From assembly GCA_977017575.1 (NCBI GenBank), contig CDRNVI010000029.1, forward strand, positions 372,001 through 436,000: DNA of 64,000 bases. The letters run 5' to 3'. Made by a program: the position numbers and the translations under genes. The notes below the pieces were generated by a model. It did not search any database. It was not told where the DNA came from and saw only the letters and a program-made list of their open reading frames with translations. The stretch's first letter is position 1, and every line of letters starts with the position of its first letter. Of this stretch, positions 1-10,054 are shown one piece after another. The stretch comes from Paramoeba atlantica. Taxonomy: Eukaryota > Protista > Discosea.

Positions 1-359
1 ATAACATTCTGTACTGTGCATTTATCGACGACTAGCCCGTCACTTCTTTTGTTCTCTGTTTTTAGAGTCTTGTTTAGGGAAGCTTCGGCAGTGTGTACAC
101 TCGAGAAGAACTTCTTATCGGTAAGAAAGACAGCCGCGGCGTGTGTATCCGGAAAATATGACCACTGAACGCTTGAAGCGAGTCGAAGTTTCACTGGTAC
201 CGCGCGACTCTGGATGAAGTGGAAATTCTGTTGCTTCGCGCTGACAGGTCCTCGAGGAAGGCCGTCGTGCGCGTCGGGAGCAGATGTGATAACATTGGAG
301 GACATGCTCCGAGAGATAAGTTTAGTACAAAACAACAAGGTACAGAAACTGTATCTTTT
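1..359 (-). mobile_element. 5' end of an RLE non-LTR retrotransposon (copy A); ORF starts at ATG 305 and runs off the window start
   Basis: My translation from 305 (-) gives MSSNVITSAPDAHDGLPRGPVSAK...QWSYFPDTHAAAVFLTDKK...KRSDGLVVDKCTVQNV. This aligns with the N-terminus of the 11924 ORF (DLPRGSAGAK...SWLYFPDIHAAACFLTKKR...KRSDGILLEKCTLQDL). Not in the ORF track because it has no in-window stop. Confidence 0.85.
333..359 (-). other. Spliced-leader (SL) exon-like sequence at 5' end of retroelement copy A
   Basis: Minus strand reads AAAAGATACAGTTTCTGTACCTTGTTG. It matches 17/19 to the conserved kinetoplastid SL 3' core CAGTTTCTGTACTWTATTG, and its last 25 nt are identical to 11852-11876. Confidence 0.75.
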
Positions 360-619
360 CCTCTATCTTTCACCTTTTCCTCTATCTTTTACCTCGAATT
401 TTATCAGAGCTGGGTAATTTTCATCAACTCGAAGTTCCTTCATTAAGCCGAAATACACACCCCTGTATACAGCTGGAAGAACAATCACTAACTACTTGAT
501 CTAAGCTCATCTCAAGGAATAAAAGGAGTAATCACTGCCCTTTAAGTAGTAGCTTTAGTAATTCCTATAGTAATTACGAGATTTACTAACTTAAGCTATG
601 CAATTTAGACATACATTGT

Positions 620-690
620 GCGAGTAAGTGAGTACAGTACTAGAGTACCGTACTCGCCGTACTCGCTGTATGCGAGTACGGTACTCGCTC
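620..690. repeat. Cluster of GTACTCG/CGAGTAC motifs with short palindrome
   Basis: Several GTACTCGC/GCGAGTAC copies; GCGAGTAC-G-GTACTCGC at 672-688. Confidence 0.5.
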
Positions 691-707
691 AAAAAATGGT
701 AAATATA

Positions 708-1640
708 CAGGGGTGCAAATCAGATGCTGGGGGGTATAAAATTAGCAATTTTTGCGCAATTTTGGAAAATAATAGCGCGTTCGAGAGCTCTCGCAGAGAT
801 CTACGTATTTGGATAGTCGGTTTTCCGGGGTGTAAGGGGGTGGTCAACTGAGGAGAAGCCCAAAAACGTCAAAATGCAAAGAACGAATGAAAATTTTTGT
901 ACGTTCAATAATTACAACTTTCCCCTTATTTTTCTACTACTATGTCGAAACGCCGCGGCATGCTGTTTAAAGTGCTTATGAGCATGTCATGACCATCTGT
1001 TTTAATGTAATCAACCGCCTTTTCAATAGAATACAAAAGTTCAGTCCTATTTTCTGGATTTGTACCATCTTTAATTAAGGTGTCCATGATGTCCCAAGTG
1101 TTTTCAGTAGGGTTAAGATCTGGGGATTTTGGGTGAAAGTCTAAAACAAAGACTTGGTTTTCTCGAAAGGTTTTAAAGGTGCCATTGTGACAAGGAGCAT
1201 TACCCATGGCAACTCTAGTACCGCTATGACGCTTCAAGTAACTTAAGAAACCTCCCCTTTTTGTCATAGCTGCTTTAAAAACATTTGAAGTAATCGTAAC
1301 CTTCCCATTTCTGTCCCTTTTGGGAAAGACGTGATAAAAAACTCCATAAATAAGGCTTATACCCATCCAAACGTTTACTCCATCCCCCCCAAACCATTTT
1401 TGCGCAGCTTTTAGGGGTGGCTTGGGGGGGCCACTCACTCGGCTAATGTAAGAACGGCCTTCGCGCCCAAGTTGACAAGTGAACTTTTTTTCGTCGCACC
1501 AAATAATGTGACGAAGCTGTGCGACGGAACACTTCTGCATTCTGTATTTTTGGGTACAGTTTGAGTGTAGGATAACTGATTTTTTTCTCCTTGGTTTTCT
1601 TACATTTTACCCAACCAACTCTTCTGTAGATAATCCCGTA
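708..1640 (-). mobile_element. 5'-truncated Tc1-like DNA transposon remnant (transposase C-terminus 926-1540)
   Basis: TA|CAGGGGTGCAAAT... TIR at 708 is homologous to the TIRs of the 25317-26825 element. ORF has WCDEKKF, MGNAPCH (second catalytic D replaced by G) and SPDLNPTENTW. No partner TIR found. Confidence 0.85.
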
Positions 1641-1678
1641 GATACTAGTAATATATCCTTCCGTGCAGCTCGCTAAGA

Positions 1679-2332
1679 ATGTTGCGTCATTCACTCACTC
1701 GATTAGTCGCTGATTTCGGTGAGGAGGGTAAACGGAAGAGACTGCACCAGCACTACGGTAGAATTGCGTTGCCGCGCAAGCGATGGGGGAAGGGTCCTAG
1801 CCATCGCACCGCAGATAGCAACCGTTTGATTTCCATGCCGGTCTTCTCACAACTTGTCTCCGAACTCGATGACGCATTTCTTTCCGAGAAAGGAATTCCA
1901 AAAGAGGAGATTCGATGGAGGGACGAGCGATGGTTCCGATGGGTGTGTCATACCTGCAAACACACGTACATGAAACCGGTCTCCGACCGCACGAAACACG
2001 GTCACGGTTGCATGGAATGTCTCAAGAATATTCCCTCAGTGACGGACCCAACGCTTCGCACGGTGCCTGCTCGGGAGACGCTGCCCCCGTTGCAGGCAAA
2101 AGCCGTAGGCGAATTGACCGACGCCGCCTCTCGTCGTTCTTGCGTCCTAAAGTGTCCTGGCTGTGGTGGCTCCTTCACGCGGACTATTAGATGTGTCACA
2201 GGGAATGTAGCTCCGGGTCAGACCCCTGTGGTGCAACAAAATGTATGTAATTCGTGTCTGTGGAAGGAAAGAGTCATGGTATCTTCTGCAGAAGATTTTG
2301 ACACGCTCCGAAACACGTGCGTGCGTGATTGA
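1679..2332 (+). CDS. Zinc-ribbon (DUF4379-like) protein, probably mitochondrial
   Basis: WVCHTCKHTYMKPVSDRTKHGHGCMEC plus a second CPGC...CNSC set; presequence-like N-terminus MLRHSLTRL. Confidence 0.6.
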   Translation: MLRHSLTRLVADFGEEGKRKRLHQHYGRIALPRKRWGKGPSHRTADSNRLISMPVFSQLVSELDDAFLSEKGIPKEEIRWRDERWFRWVCHTCKHTYMKPVSDRTKHGHGCMECLKNIPSVTDPTLRTVPARETLPPLQAKAVGELTDAASRRSCVLKCPGCGGSFTRTIRCVTGNVAPGQTPVVQQNVCNSCLWKERVMVSSAEDFDTLRNTCVRD

Positions 2333-2574
2333 AAAAGACGGTTAATATTTGGTCTTTAACCCGAAAAGACTATCAGTACCGCTGCTGTCATTCTTTATTG
2401 TACTTTATAATAAATTATCACTGGTTTCCCTGATACTTTTCCGAAAATATTACACTGAACGCTCATCTTCTGTAGAAAAAGTGCTCAAAAACTGTCTTTA
2501 TAATTGTCTTTATACTCTTTCGCTTGTTTTTTCGTTTGTCTTTTCTCCTCTACTTACACTTTACACAAGGTTGT

Positions 2575-5031
2575 ATGTTGTCTTTGCGAGGTCGTCGGGA
2601 AGACTCGGATTCCGAGTCTGGATTCTCTAGTTCTGACGAAGAGACGACTTATCAAGTCTCCCGCACAGAGATATCCGGGCAAGAGGTGATGACGCAAAAG
2701 GCACGTCGTCACGATTTTCTTAAGAAGACAGCTGATGCCGATTTCGAGGACCATGCGGAGGAAGATTCTTCGAACATTGTCTCGCGACTTGCACGAGTAA
2801 CTGATCAACTGGACCAGTGTCAATACGCTTTTTTGAGTCACATACGAAGTAAGGAGTGGAGGAAAGCGTACGAGACGTGGTCTACGATGCTCAAACATCT
2901 TGAGTATGTCCTAACGCAGAAGACACAGCTGCCTTACCCGTTCCTGTCAGCCGCACGCTTTGCCCGAGATACGTTCACTGCACCTGTATTTTCTCAAGTT
3001 CGTGAAGAGGTTCCGCGAGATCAACGTAAAAGTCTTACAGATTTGCAAAAGAGTGTTGAACAGTATTACTCTCAGTACGAGGAACAGATCGAGGGCATGG
3101 ATCAAGCGAGTGATGAGGAGGAAGACGAAGTCAACACGCTTGCGCACAAATGGAAGAGTGTGGACAACGCAGCACTATGTGCTCTTGCTCAGGACAATGA
3201 TCTCTCCGAAGAGGCGATAGCGAAGAAAATTGAAGCGTTGCGCACTACTCAAGGCAAAAAGAGTACCGATCGCCGCCTATTTCACTTTGTGCTTGAAGCT
3301 CTGTTGACGCAGAGCGCTGCCTACCCTAGGGCTCAAGGGCTGGTAAATAGCCTTTTATTCGCATCGGTGCTGGACAATCGAAAGCGCGGAGATGAAGCCA
3401 TTGATTCTGCCCATTGGATGAAAGCGGCAAGTTACTTAGAAAAACTAATTAATTTGATGGACAAACACCCACGAGTAGTCGTAGAAGATCTAGTATCTCA
3501 ACGTAAAACCGCACCTTTGGAGCCAGACGCATTCGCATTGACAGCAAGTGTGTTTTCACTCGTGTCGCGTTTGCTTGAAGAATACAATGAAGGTATTAAA
3601 AAGGTAGATGTCTATTCCGATGAATATCTACGCTGGTTACGGGCGGAGAGTCACCTTGTAGTGCTGCTACAAAGGGGATTAAACATGTACGCAAAGAAAC
3701 CCTCGGAAGACATCAACGTACCCTCAGAGCTCGCGACAAGTCTGCTCTACCTGCTTCATTACAGAAAATCATCTACGCATAAGCAACTTGTAGTCGCCTA
3801 CGGCACACCCCCTCATCTTCGGTCTGTGCCAGCTGTTGGTCCAAATTTAAGAGAATCTATGTATGCTCTTCATCACTACGTACGGGGTCGGGCGTCGACT
3901 GACGAGTGCAAACTACGAGCGACGCTTTACTTTGTATACCACTTGGCTCAACAAGGCGATCACAGTGAAGCGCATCGGTTATTTCTAACAGCGAAATGCG
4001 GGAAGTACGCTCATCAAACGAAAGACGTTGCGATTCGAGTGCAGTACAACCGATGCATTATGCAGATCGCTATTGCAGCATTTCGTATCGGAAATATTGC
4101 CTACGCTGGTCAGTCCTTACTCAACATTTACTCTCTCAACAAATACAAGGAACTTGTTGCTCAAGCGCAGGATAGACGCAGACAAGAAACGGGACTTCGG
4201 CATAATTATGTGCCACCACACATGCACATCAATACAGAAATTACGGATGCGATCTACTTCATCTACTGCATGCTCTTCCACGACTACTCTCGGAGAAAAG
4301 AATTTCAAGTGTATCGCATCTTCGTTACATCAATGCAACGACAACACTTTCTTGGTCCCCCGGAAAGCTCCCGCGAACGGATTTACGCAGCCATCAGTGC
4401 ATTTAGAAAAGCAGACTGGGAGACATCCGTGTCTCATATCAGAGCCATAGGTGGATGGAAAGCAATTGGTCTTGACACTGGTGCTACAGAAAAACTTTTG
4501 GATCCCCTTTTTCAGACCATCAAATTAGAATGTCTAAAAAACTTTTTGGCGCATCATCGAGGATATTACGGTAATATTGGGCTCAACGACCTAGTTGCAA
4601 AGTTCGGACTGGATATTGCTACCGTTCGAAAAAAGCTTACCCGGATGATTTTATCCCGTGAGCTGTACGGGTCTTTTAATCCTGGGATGACTCATTTGCA
4701 CATCGGGAGTTCACATCATACAGTACACGAAAAAACCCTCCTGTACTTAATGGACCGAGTACAACAATTGTCCGAACTTACGGAAAGAGCGCAAGATCAA
4801 AAAGCTTCGGAGCAAAGCGGTGCCGTTGCCCCTGGGAGTCGTGATAATACGTACGGGACGTCACGATACGGTCCAACCCGATATGGACGAATTAATGTGC
4901 GCGGAGCTGCTCTAAAACAGGTTTCTGCAAAAAATCCTCTCAATACATTCCGGGTATCTCGTTCGTATCCAACAAGTGCACAAGGGTCGCGCAGCACCCC
5001 TACTTACCGTCGCGTTGGTATGGGAAAATAA
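2575..5031 (+). CDS. eIF3c: Translation initiation factor eIF3 subunit c
   Basis: Acidic/Ser N-terminus, PPHMHIN, FLGPPESSRERI and a C-terminal PCI region. ATG 2575 follows a pyrimidine tract and AG. Confidence 0.9.
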   Translation: MLSLRGRREDSDSESGFSSSDEETTYQVSRTEISGQEVMTQKARRHDFLKKTADADFEDHAEEDSSNIVSRLARVTDQLDQCQYAFLSHIRSKEWRKAYETWSTMLKHLEYVLTQKTQLPYPFLSAARFARDTFTAPVFSQVREEVPRDQRKSLTDLQKSVEQYYSQYEEQIEGMDQASDEEEDEVNTLAHKWKSVDNAALCALAQDNDLSEEAIAKKIEALRTTQGKKSTDRRLFHFVLEALLTQSAAYPRAQGLVNSLLFASVLDNRKRGDEAIDSAHWMKAASYLEKLINLMDKHPRVVVEDLVSQRKTAPLEPDAFALTASVFSLVSRLLEEYNEGIKKVDVYSDEYLRWLRAESHLVVLLQRGLNMYAKKPSEDINVPSELATSLLYLLHYRKSSTHKQLVVAYGTPPHLRSVPAVGPNLRESMYALHHYVRGRASTDECKLRATLYFVYHLAQQGDHSEAHRLFLTAKCGKYAHQTKDVAIRVQYNRCIMQIAIAAFRIGNIAYAGQSLLNIYSLNKYKELVAQAQDRRRQETGLRHNYVPPHMHINTEITDAIYFIYCMLFHDYSRRKEFQVYRIFVTSMQRQHFLGPPESSRERIYAAISAFRKADWETSVSHIRAIGGWKAIGLDTGATEKLLDPLFQTIKLECLKNFLAHHRGYYGNIGLNDLVAKFGLDIATVRKKLTRMILSRELYGSFNPGMTHLHIGSSHHTVHEKTLLYLMDRVQQLSELTERAQDQKASEQSGAVAPGSRDNTYGTSRYGPTRYGRINVRGAALKQVSAKNPLNTFRVSRSYPTSAQGSRSTPTYRRVGMGK

Positions 5032-5553
5032 TAGAAATCACTCGAACATGAGCTTAGCTTTAACGAATTTTATTTACCACTGTAGGACGGAAACTTGGGA
5101 CTATTCGTTGACATTTTCGCTGATATTATACTGTGCTCGACAATATTATTGTGTATCGACAATATTATTATGTATTACTACATTTTTTGGGGGGATTACG
5201 TTGCTGTTATACATATTCTTTTAACATTTTTTTGTGTGTAATAAGGGGCCAATGTATCAGAAAGCGCAGCATTTCAGAATTATTAGACATGTAAACGTCA
5301 TCTGCCTTTAACGAGAAATAATTTTATATGCGGATTCGTAATATATGTAATTGAACGAAGAGAATAGTTGATCTTGATATAGCATAGGCTTGTAAAGCTT
5401 TACACATATTAAACTGAACAGATCGGTATGGAACATTGTCAAAAATTTGCTTTTGAATTTTTTTTACAGTTATGAAAATGTACACTAGTACACGTTCGGC
5501 GTATACTGTATTCGTTTGAACAGCATTTATCGATCATACGTTATCCTTGAAGC

Positions 5554-7398
5554 ATGAACTTTTGGAGATGGGGTCGTCCATTGGATGGACAACAAAACTT
5601 TAGCGAAAGCCAGACCGACGAGACTTCTTTGGAGTATCGAAGGGGGTTTTATCACGCTGTGATGCGAAAACCAGAAATCTACGACGACGATCCTCCGTTT
5701 TGGCAGACGTTTTTTCGTAGCTTAATTTTTATGTCCGTGCCTATGGGACTACTATACTTTTTTCAAAGGAGCATGATGCGTGAAATCCGTACTGAAGGGA
5801 AAGGACTTATGAGCATGTTGATCGATCCTCCGCGCAATTTTCTCGTAACGAGCAAGAGTACTACGTTTAAAGACGTTATCGGGCTTCCGCAAGCTACTGA
5901 AGAACTCAGACTTTACGTTGATTTTCTTAGGAATCCAGGGAAGTTTATTACACTTGGCGCCCGGCTTCCACGCGGATGTCTTCTCACAGGCCCGCCCGGG
6001 ACGGGTAAGACGCTCTTAGCCAAAGCAGTAGCAGGCGAAGCTAACGTACCGTTCCTATCCTGTAGCGGGAGTGACTTTGTCGAAGTTTTCTTAGGGTCGG
6101 GTCCGAAGACTGTGCGAAAACTTTTTCAAGAGGCGAGAGACAAGTCTCCATGCATAGTCTTTATTGATGAAATTGATGCCGTAGGTGCACGAGGACGTCA
6201 GAGCACCGCTGGCAGTTCTCAGGAAGAAAACCGTACAATCAACCAGCTTCTGATGGAGTTGGATGGCTTAACTACATCTTCAAGCACTATTATAGTGCTG
6301 GCCGCAACAAATTTTGTAGAAAATGTAGATGGTGCGCTTCTGAGGGAAGGTAGATTTGATCGCAAAGTGGACTTACCTTTACCCGATCCTACTGCGCGGC
6401 AGCAACTATTTTATCATTTTCTGTGCAAGGTTGTCACCGGTGACCCTCGGGGCAAGCAAATAACGAACGAATATGCCGTTGAGAAGAACAAGCTCCATCC
6501 CACACAAGGCTTTAAAACTGAAAACCTGCCCCCTAACGTGAAGAATAATTCTCAACTTGCCGATATTATGTCTCAGCTCACTCCAGGACTGTCCCCAGCG
6601 ACTATTGCTTCCGTTGTAAACGAGGCAGCACTAGCCGCAGCATCTCGCAATGAATCCATTGTCGCACTCGGAAGACTCAAAGAAGCAGTTGATGACGTGA
6701 CCGTTGGTCGTCGAAGTCCCTCGCGACTCAGTACGGCGGGAAGAAAAAGGGTCGCACTACATGAATGTGGTCATGCCCTTACAGCATGGCTACTCCCTGA
6801 GCAGCGACCAGTGACTAAGATATCGATTATTCCTCGAGGACCTGCGGGAGGGTTTACTCAACAAGAAGGTAGGGAGGCTCTGGACCCCACTACACGTATG
6901 GAAATGTTTACAAACTTGTGTGTGCTACTAGGTGGACGCTGTGGTGAAAGTCTACACCACCGAAATTTGACCACTGGTGCTACAGATGATCTCCAGAAAG
7001 CAACCAAACAGTGTATTGCGCAACTTCTTACGCTGGGCATGTCACCTAGTGTAGGGTCTCTTTCGTTCAACCCCCAGGTTGTCACCAGGGGTCGACTGTT
7101 TGTTACGCATAGCTCAACTTTGCAGCATCGGGCGGAGACCGTCGCCGATGACCTTATTAATCTGGCGCTACAGATTACAACAGAGCTGCTAGAGGATCAC
7201 CGCAAAGAGTTGTTCACTTTGCAAAACGAGCTTTTAGAGCACAATGAGCTCTCCCAGGAACAAATGACTCTTATTCTAGGTGCAAGGCCCAAAGGAAGTT
7301 TATTCAGTGCCATTCGATGCAGACACATACATAACACATACGATGGAAAATCTGTGGATTCAAGTATGTCTTCCGCGCCAATGTCAACGTATTCATGA
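5554..7398 (+). CDS. FtsH/AFG3-like mitochondrial AAA metalloprotease
   Basis: TM segment, Walker A GPPGTGKT, Walker B VFIDEID, SRH with REGRFDR, HECGH zinc motif. Confidence 0.93.
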   Translation: MNFWRWGRPLDGQQNFSESQTDETSLEYRRGFYHAVMRKPEIYDDDPPFWQTFFRSLIFMSVPMGLLYFFQRSMMREIRTEGKGLMSMLIDPPRNFLVTSKSTTFKDVIGLPQATEELRLYVDFLRNPGKFITLGARLPRGCLLTGPPGTGKTLLAKAVAGEANVPFLSCSGSDFVEVFLGSGPKTVRKLFQEARDKSPCIVFIDEIDAVGARGRQSTAGSSQEENRTINQLLMELDGLTTSSSTIIVLAATNFVENVDGALLREGRFDRKVDLPLPDPTARQQLFYHFLCKVVTGDPRGKQITNEYAVEKNKLHPTQGFKTENLPPNVKNNSQLADIMSQLTPGLSPATIASVVNEAALAAASRNESIVALGRLKEAVDDVTVGRRSPSRLSTAGRKRVALHECGHALTAWLLPEQRPVTKISIIPRGPAGGFTQQEGREALDPTTRMEMFTNLCVLLGGRCGESLHHRNLTTGATDDLQKATKQCIAQLLTLGMSPSVGSLSFNPQVVTRGRLFVTHSSTLQHRAETVADDLINLALQITTELLEDHRKELFTLQNELLEHNELSQEQMTLILGARPKGSLFSAIRCRHIHNTYDGKSVDSSMSSAPMSTYS

Positions 7399-7702
7399 AA
7401 GCAATAAGATTTTTTCCGAGTCTTCTGTGCTCCAACAAAACAAATGTACGCTGGAATATAATTATTAATAGTTGGCTGCAGAAGAAATTGGTACACATCT
7501 GTATGCTTCAGATCATAACATTGTACAAAAAAATGTTTTTGAGTTACATTGTGTATAATTATACTTCTGTTGCTAGCATACATTGTATTGCAAAACAATT
7601 AGTAGATGCCGAATGAGTGATTGATTCGAGCGAACTACCGTACACATATTGTGCAAAGGTGGATTGAGCGTCATTTTTTTAGTGTTTTAACATTTTTGTC
7701 GC

Positions 7703-8761
7703 ATGACATGTACCTTATCAGAAGTCACATCTAAAGAGATGAATAGTAAGTGCCTCATTAAAACAGTGGAAAGCTCATGTGGAGAAGAGCGCCGAAATCT
7801 TTTGCTATCTTTTCAAAGGGCCTGTTCAAATTATGACACAGTTGAAAAAGAAATCCGACTGAACGCCTTGCTACGCCATTATGTTCATCATAATCAGTTT
7901 AGGCTTGCAGACCGTCTGATATCAACGACTTACCCGGAAATTGGGAAAAGACCATGTGCAGAACTCACCCATGCGGCTCTCTCTATGAGCAGTCATTCCC
8001 AAAGCGCTCGTTTCTTTTTCTATATGGCTGTGGTCAAGGCGATAAAGTTAGAATATTCTACTGCTCTTAGTTGTATATTACAATCACTCCGCGAGGCTAA
8101 TTCTCATGCACTTGGATTTCGAGTAATTGTATCAAAATTTGGAATTGTCGTCAAACTCCTTGCAGGCGAAGTACCTGAACGTTCTACGTTTTTTGCAAAC
8201 GAATTAAATCCGTTTTTATTGCCGTATTCTGCACTAGTGACTTGTGTACATAATGGTGAGCTATCTAGCTTTCAGCCTCTCCTTGCTCAGTACGAAGAAG
8301 TTTTTGAGACAGATGGAACGCTCTCTCTTATTCATCGAGTGCGCCATAGTGTTATAAAAATGGCACTTAAGCGCATAGTTAAATGCTATGCACGCATTTC
8401 TCTGAAAGATTTAGCAACGAAACTGAACTTGGAGCACGCGCAAGATGCTGAGCATATAGCATGCAAGGCCATACACGATCAGGTGATTGAAGCTTATTTG
8501 GACCATTCGACACAATCTTTAGTTAGTTTGGGGACCGAATATGACTCAAGCTGCTTTAGCTCTATGAAAGAATTTCAGAAAAGAATAAAAACATGCGATG
8601 CAATCCGGACTCAATCCTTGCGTTCTATGACATACAACATTTCAGAAAGCGAAGATGAGAAAAAATTTGAAGAATTGAGAAAAACTATCGAGGAGAGCAC
8701 GAAAGAACTGGTTAAAGCTCTCGAATCAGGTTTTGATTTCGACAGTGAAGATGAGTTTTAG
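7703..8761 (+). CDS. RPN3: 26S proteasome lid subunit Rpn3 (N-terminally short)
   Basis: LNALLRHYVHHN, ARFFFY...AIKLEYS, LLAGEVPER, RVRHSVIK, YARISLKDLATKL, KAIHDQVIEA. Confidence 0.9.
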   Translation: MTCTLSEVTSKEMNSKCLIKTVESSCGEERRNLLLSFQRACSNYDTVEKEIRLNALLRHYVHHNQFRLADRLISTTYPEIGKRPCAELTHAALSMSSHSQSARFFFYMAVVKAIKLEYSTALSCILQSLREANSHALGFRVIVSKFGIVVKLLAGEVPERSTFFANELNPFLLPYSALVTCVHNGELSSFQPLLAQYEEVFETDGTLSLIHRVRHSVIKMALKRIVKCYARISLKDLATKLNLEHAQDAEHIACKAIHDQVIEAYLDHSTQSLVSLGTEYDSSCFSSMKEFQKRIKTCDAIRTQSLRSMTYNISESEDEKKFEELRKTIEESTKELVKALESGFDFDSEDEF

Positions 8762-9193
8762 AAGCATTAACAAATACCTTAGAAGCACGACATACATGCA
8801 TGCGTATGTAGGCGTGCACTGCTCGTTGTACTGCTGATTTTGAAAATCATCTGCAATAATGCACACACAATATTTTTGCATTGTTTTAGAAGGATTCATG
8901 TATTCCAAAGGATTTATTAAAATTTAATCTGTATCCCTCGAATGTGATATAGCAAATGTCTTTTTATGAGAATTACACATGTGATTGAATTCAAAACTAA
9001 GAGGACACGCCCTTGTACTGACAATTTTACTGAATAACCTATTTTCTTTGAAGAAAGGGGTACCGCTAGTGAAATCTGAGATGCGATAATCACATTGGCC
9101 TTTTTTTATGGATTCTTAATTCATTATACAAAATCTTGCCCCGTCATATGCCAGTTGAATACCACCGAATTTGCAAAGATTCACCGTCATCCT

Positions 9194-9763
9194 ATGAGTC
9201 CCGAACCTTGCCCAGCTTCACTGTTTGAATTCTACGAAAGGGGGAAGCAAGAAGCATATCGACGAACGGAAGAACAGTGCATCTCCGCTCGAGAAAAGCG
9301 TTTGTGGTACTCAGCCGCAACAGGGCTTGTTACAATTTTTATAACCGGAGCTTACCTGAATTACATGTTAATTCGGGCTGAAAAGCGAGCCAAAGATCTA
9401 AATACACAGCTAATATCGGGACTTGCCGAACGCAACGCACAGTTGCGGCAGGAAAGGAAAAAAGTATTAGCCTTAAGAACTGCTATTGACGATATCTCTA
9501 CACTTTCGGAGCAGCAGAAGGAGGAAATCAATGGCCTTCGTACCGAGAGACTTGTCGAGGGATACCGTCAGAGACATCACGTACGAGAAAAGTTTAATCT
9601 CCGTCTCAATCAAGTGCGAATAATGAACGAACGAAGCAGAGATCAAATAATACTTCATCAAACTAGAAATAAGTACGATTGTTTTGTTCTTAAACGAGAC
9701 GTGCTTAAAGCTTGTTGCTATTCTATGTCGACAGCATTCTGTATATTATCTTTTATACGATAA
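9194..9763 (+). CDS. Hypothetical protein, one TM plus coiled coil
   Basis: ORF in gene-sense orientation; hydrophobic LWYSAATGLVTIFITGAYLNYML followed by heptad-rich region; first ATG 9194. Confidence 0.55.
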   Translation: MSPEPCPASLFEFYERGKQEAYRRTEEQCISAREKRLWYSAATGLVTIFITGAYLNYMLIRAEKRAKDLNTQLISGLAERNAQLRQERKKVLALRTAIDDISTLSEQQKEEINGLRTERLVEGYRQRHHVREKFNLRLNQVRIMNERSRDQIILHQTRNKYDCFVLKRDVLKACCYSMSTAFCILSFIR

Positions 9764-10054
9764 ATCGCCTTTTGTGCAGCTAGTACATTACCACACACAT
9801 CTGCACCAGTAGTAGACTGTATTCCTCTCATTATTGAAAACTCCCTCAGTTCATTGTAGGGCGATAAATTATTGGATGATAACCATATTCCTTTGTTTCT
9901 CGCATTTTTTGAATCCATATACCACCCACTTAGATTTCGGAACCCCTCTATGCAATTAGGAGAGATGCTGCAGAACTCCTTTTGGAACTCGTCGAAATGA
10001 TCTCGTCGAAATGAAGGGGTCCGTGGTGAACTGAGCAATAGTAATAAAAATACG

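Noticed and set aside
191-446. ORF-track ORFs 191-373, 214-417, 219-446 as genes
   Set aside because: They are shadows of the real minus-strand retroelement ORF starting at 305.
457-467. Extra Tc1 TIR end (ACACCCCTG|TA)
   Set aside because: Only 11 bp match to the TIR family; no further similarity.
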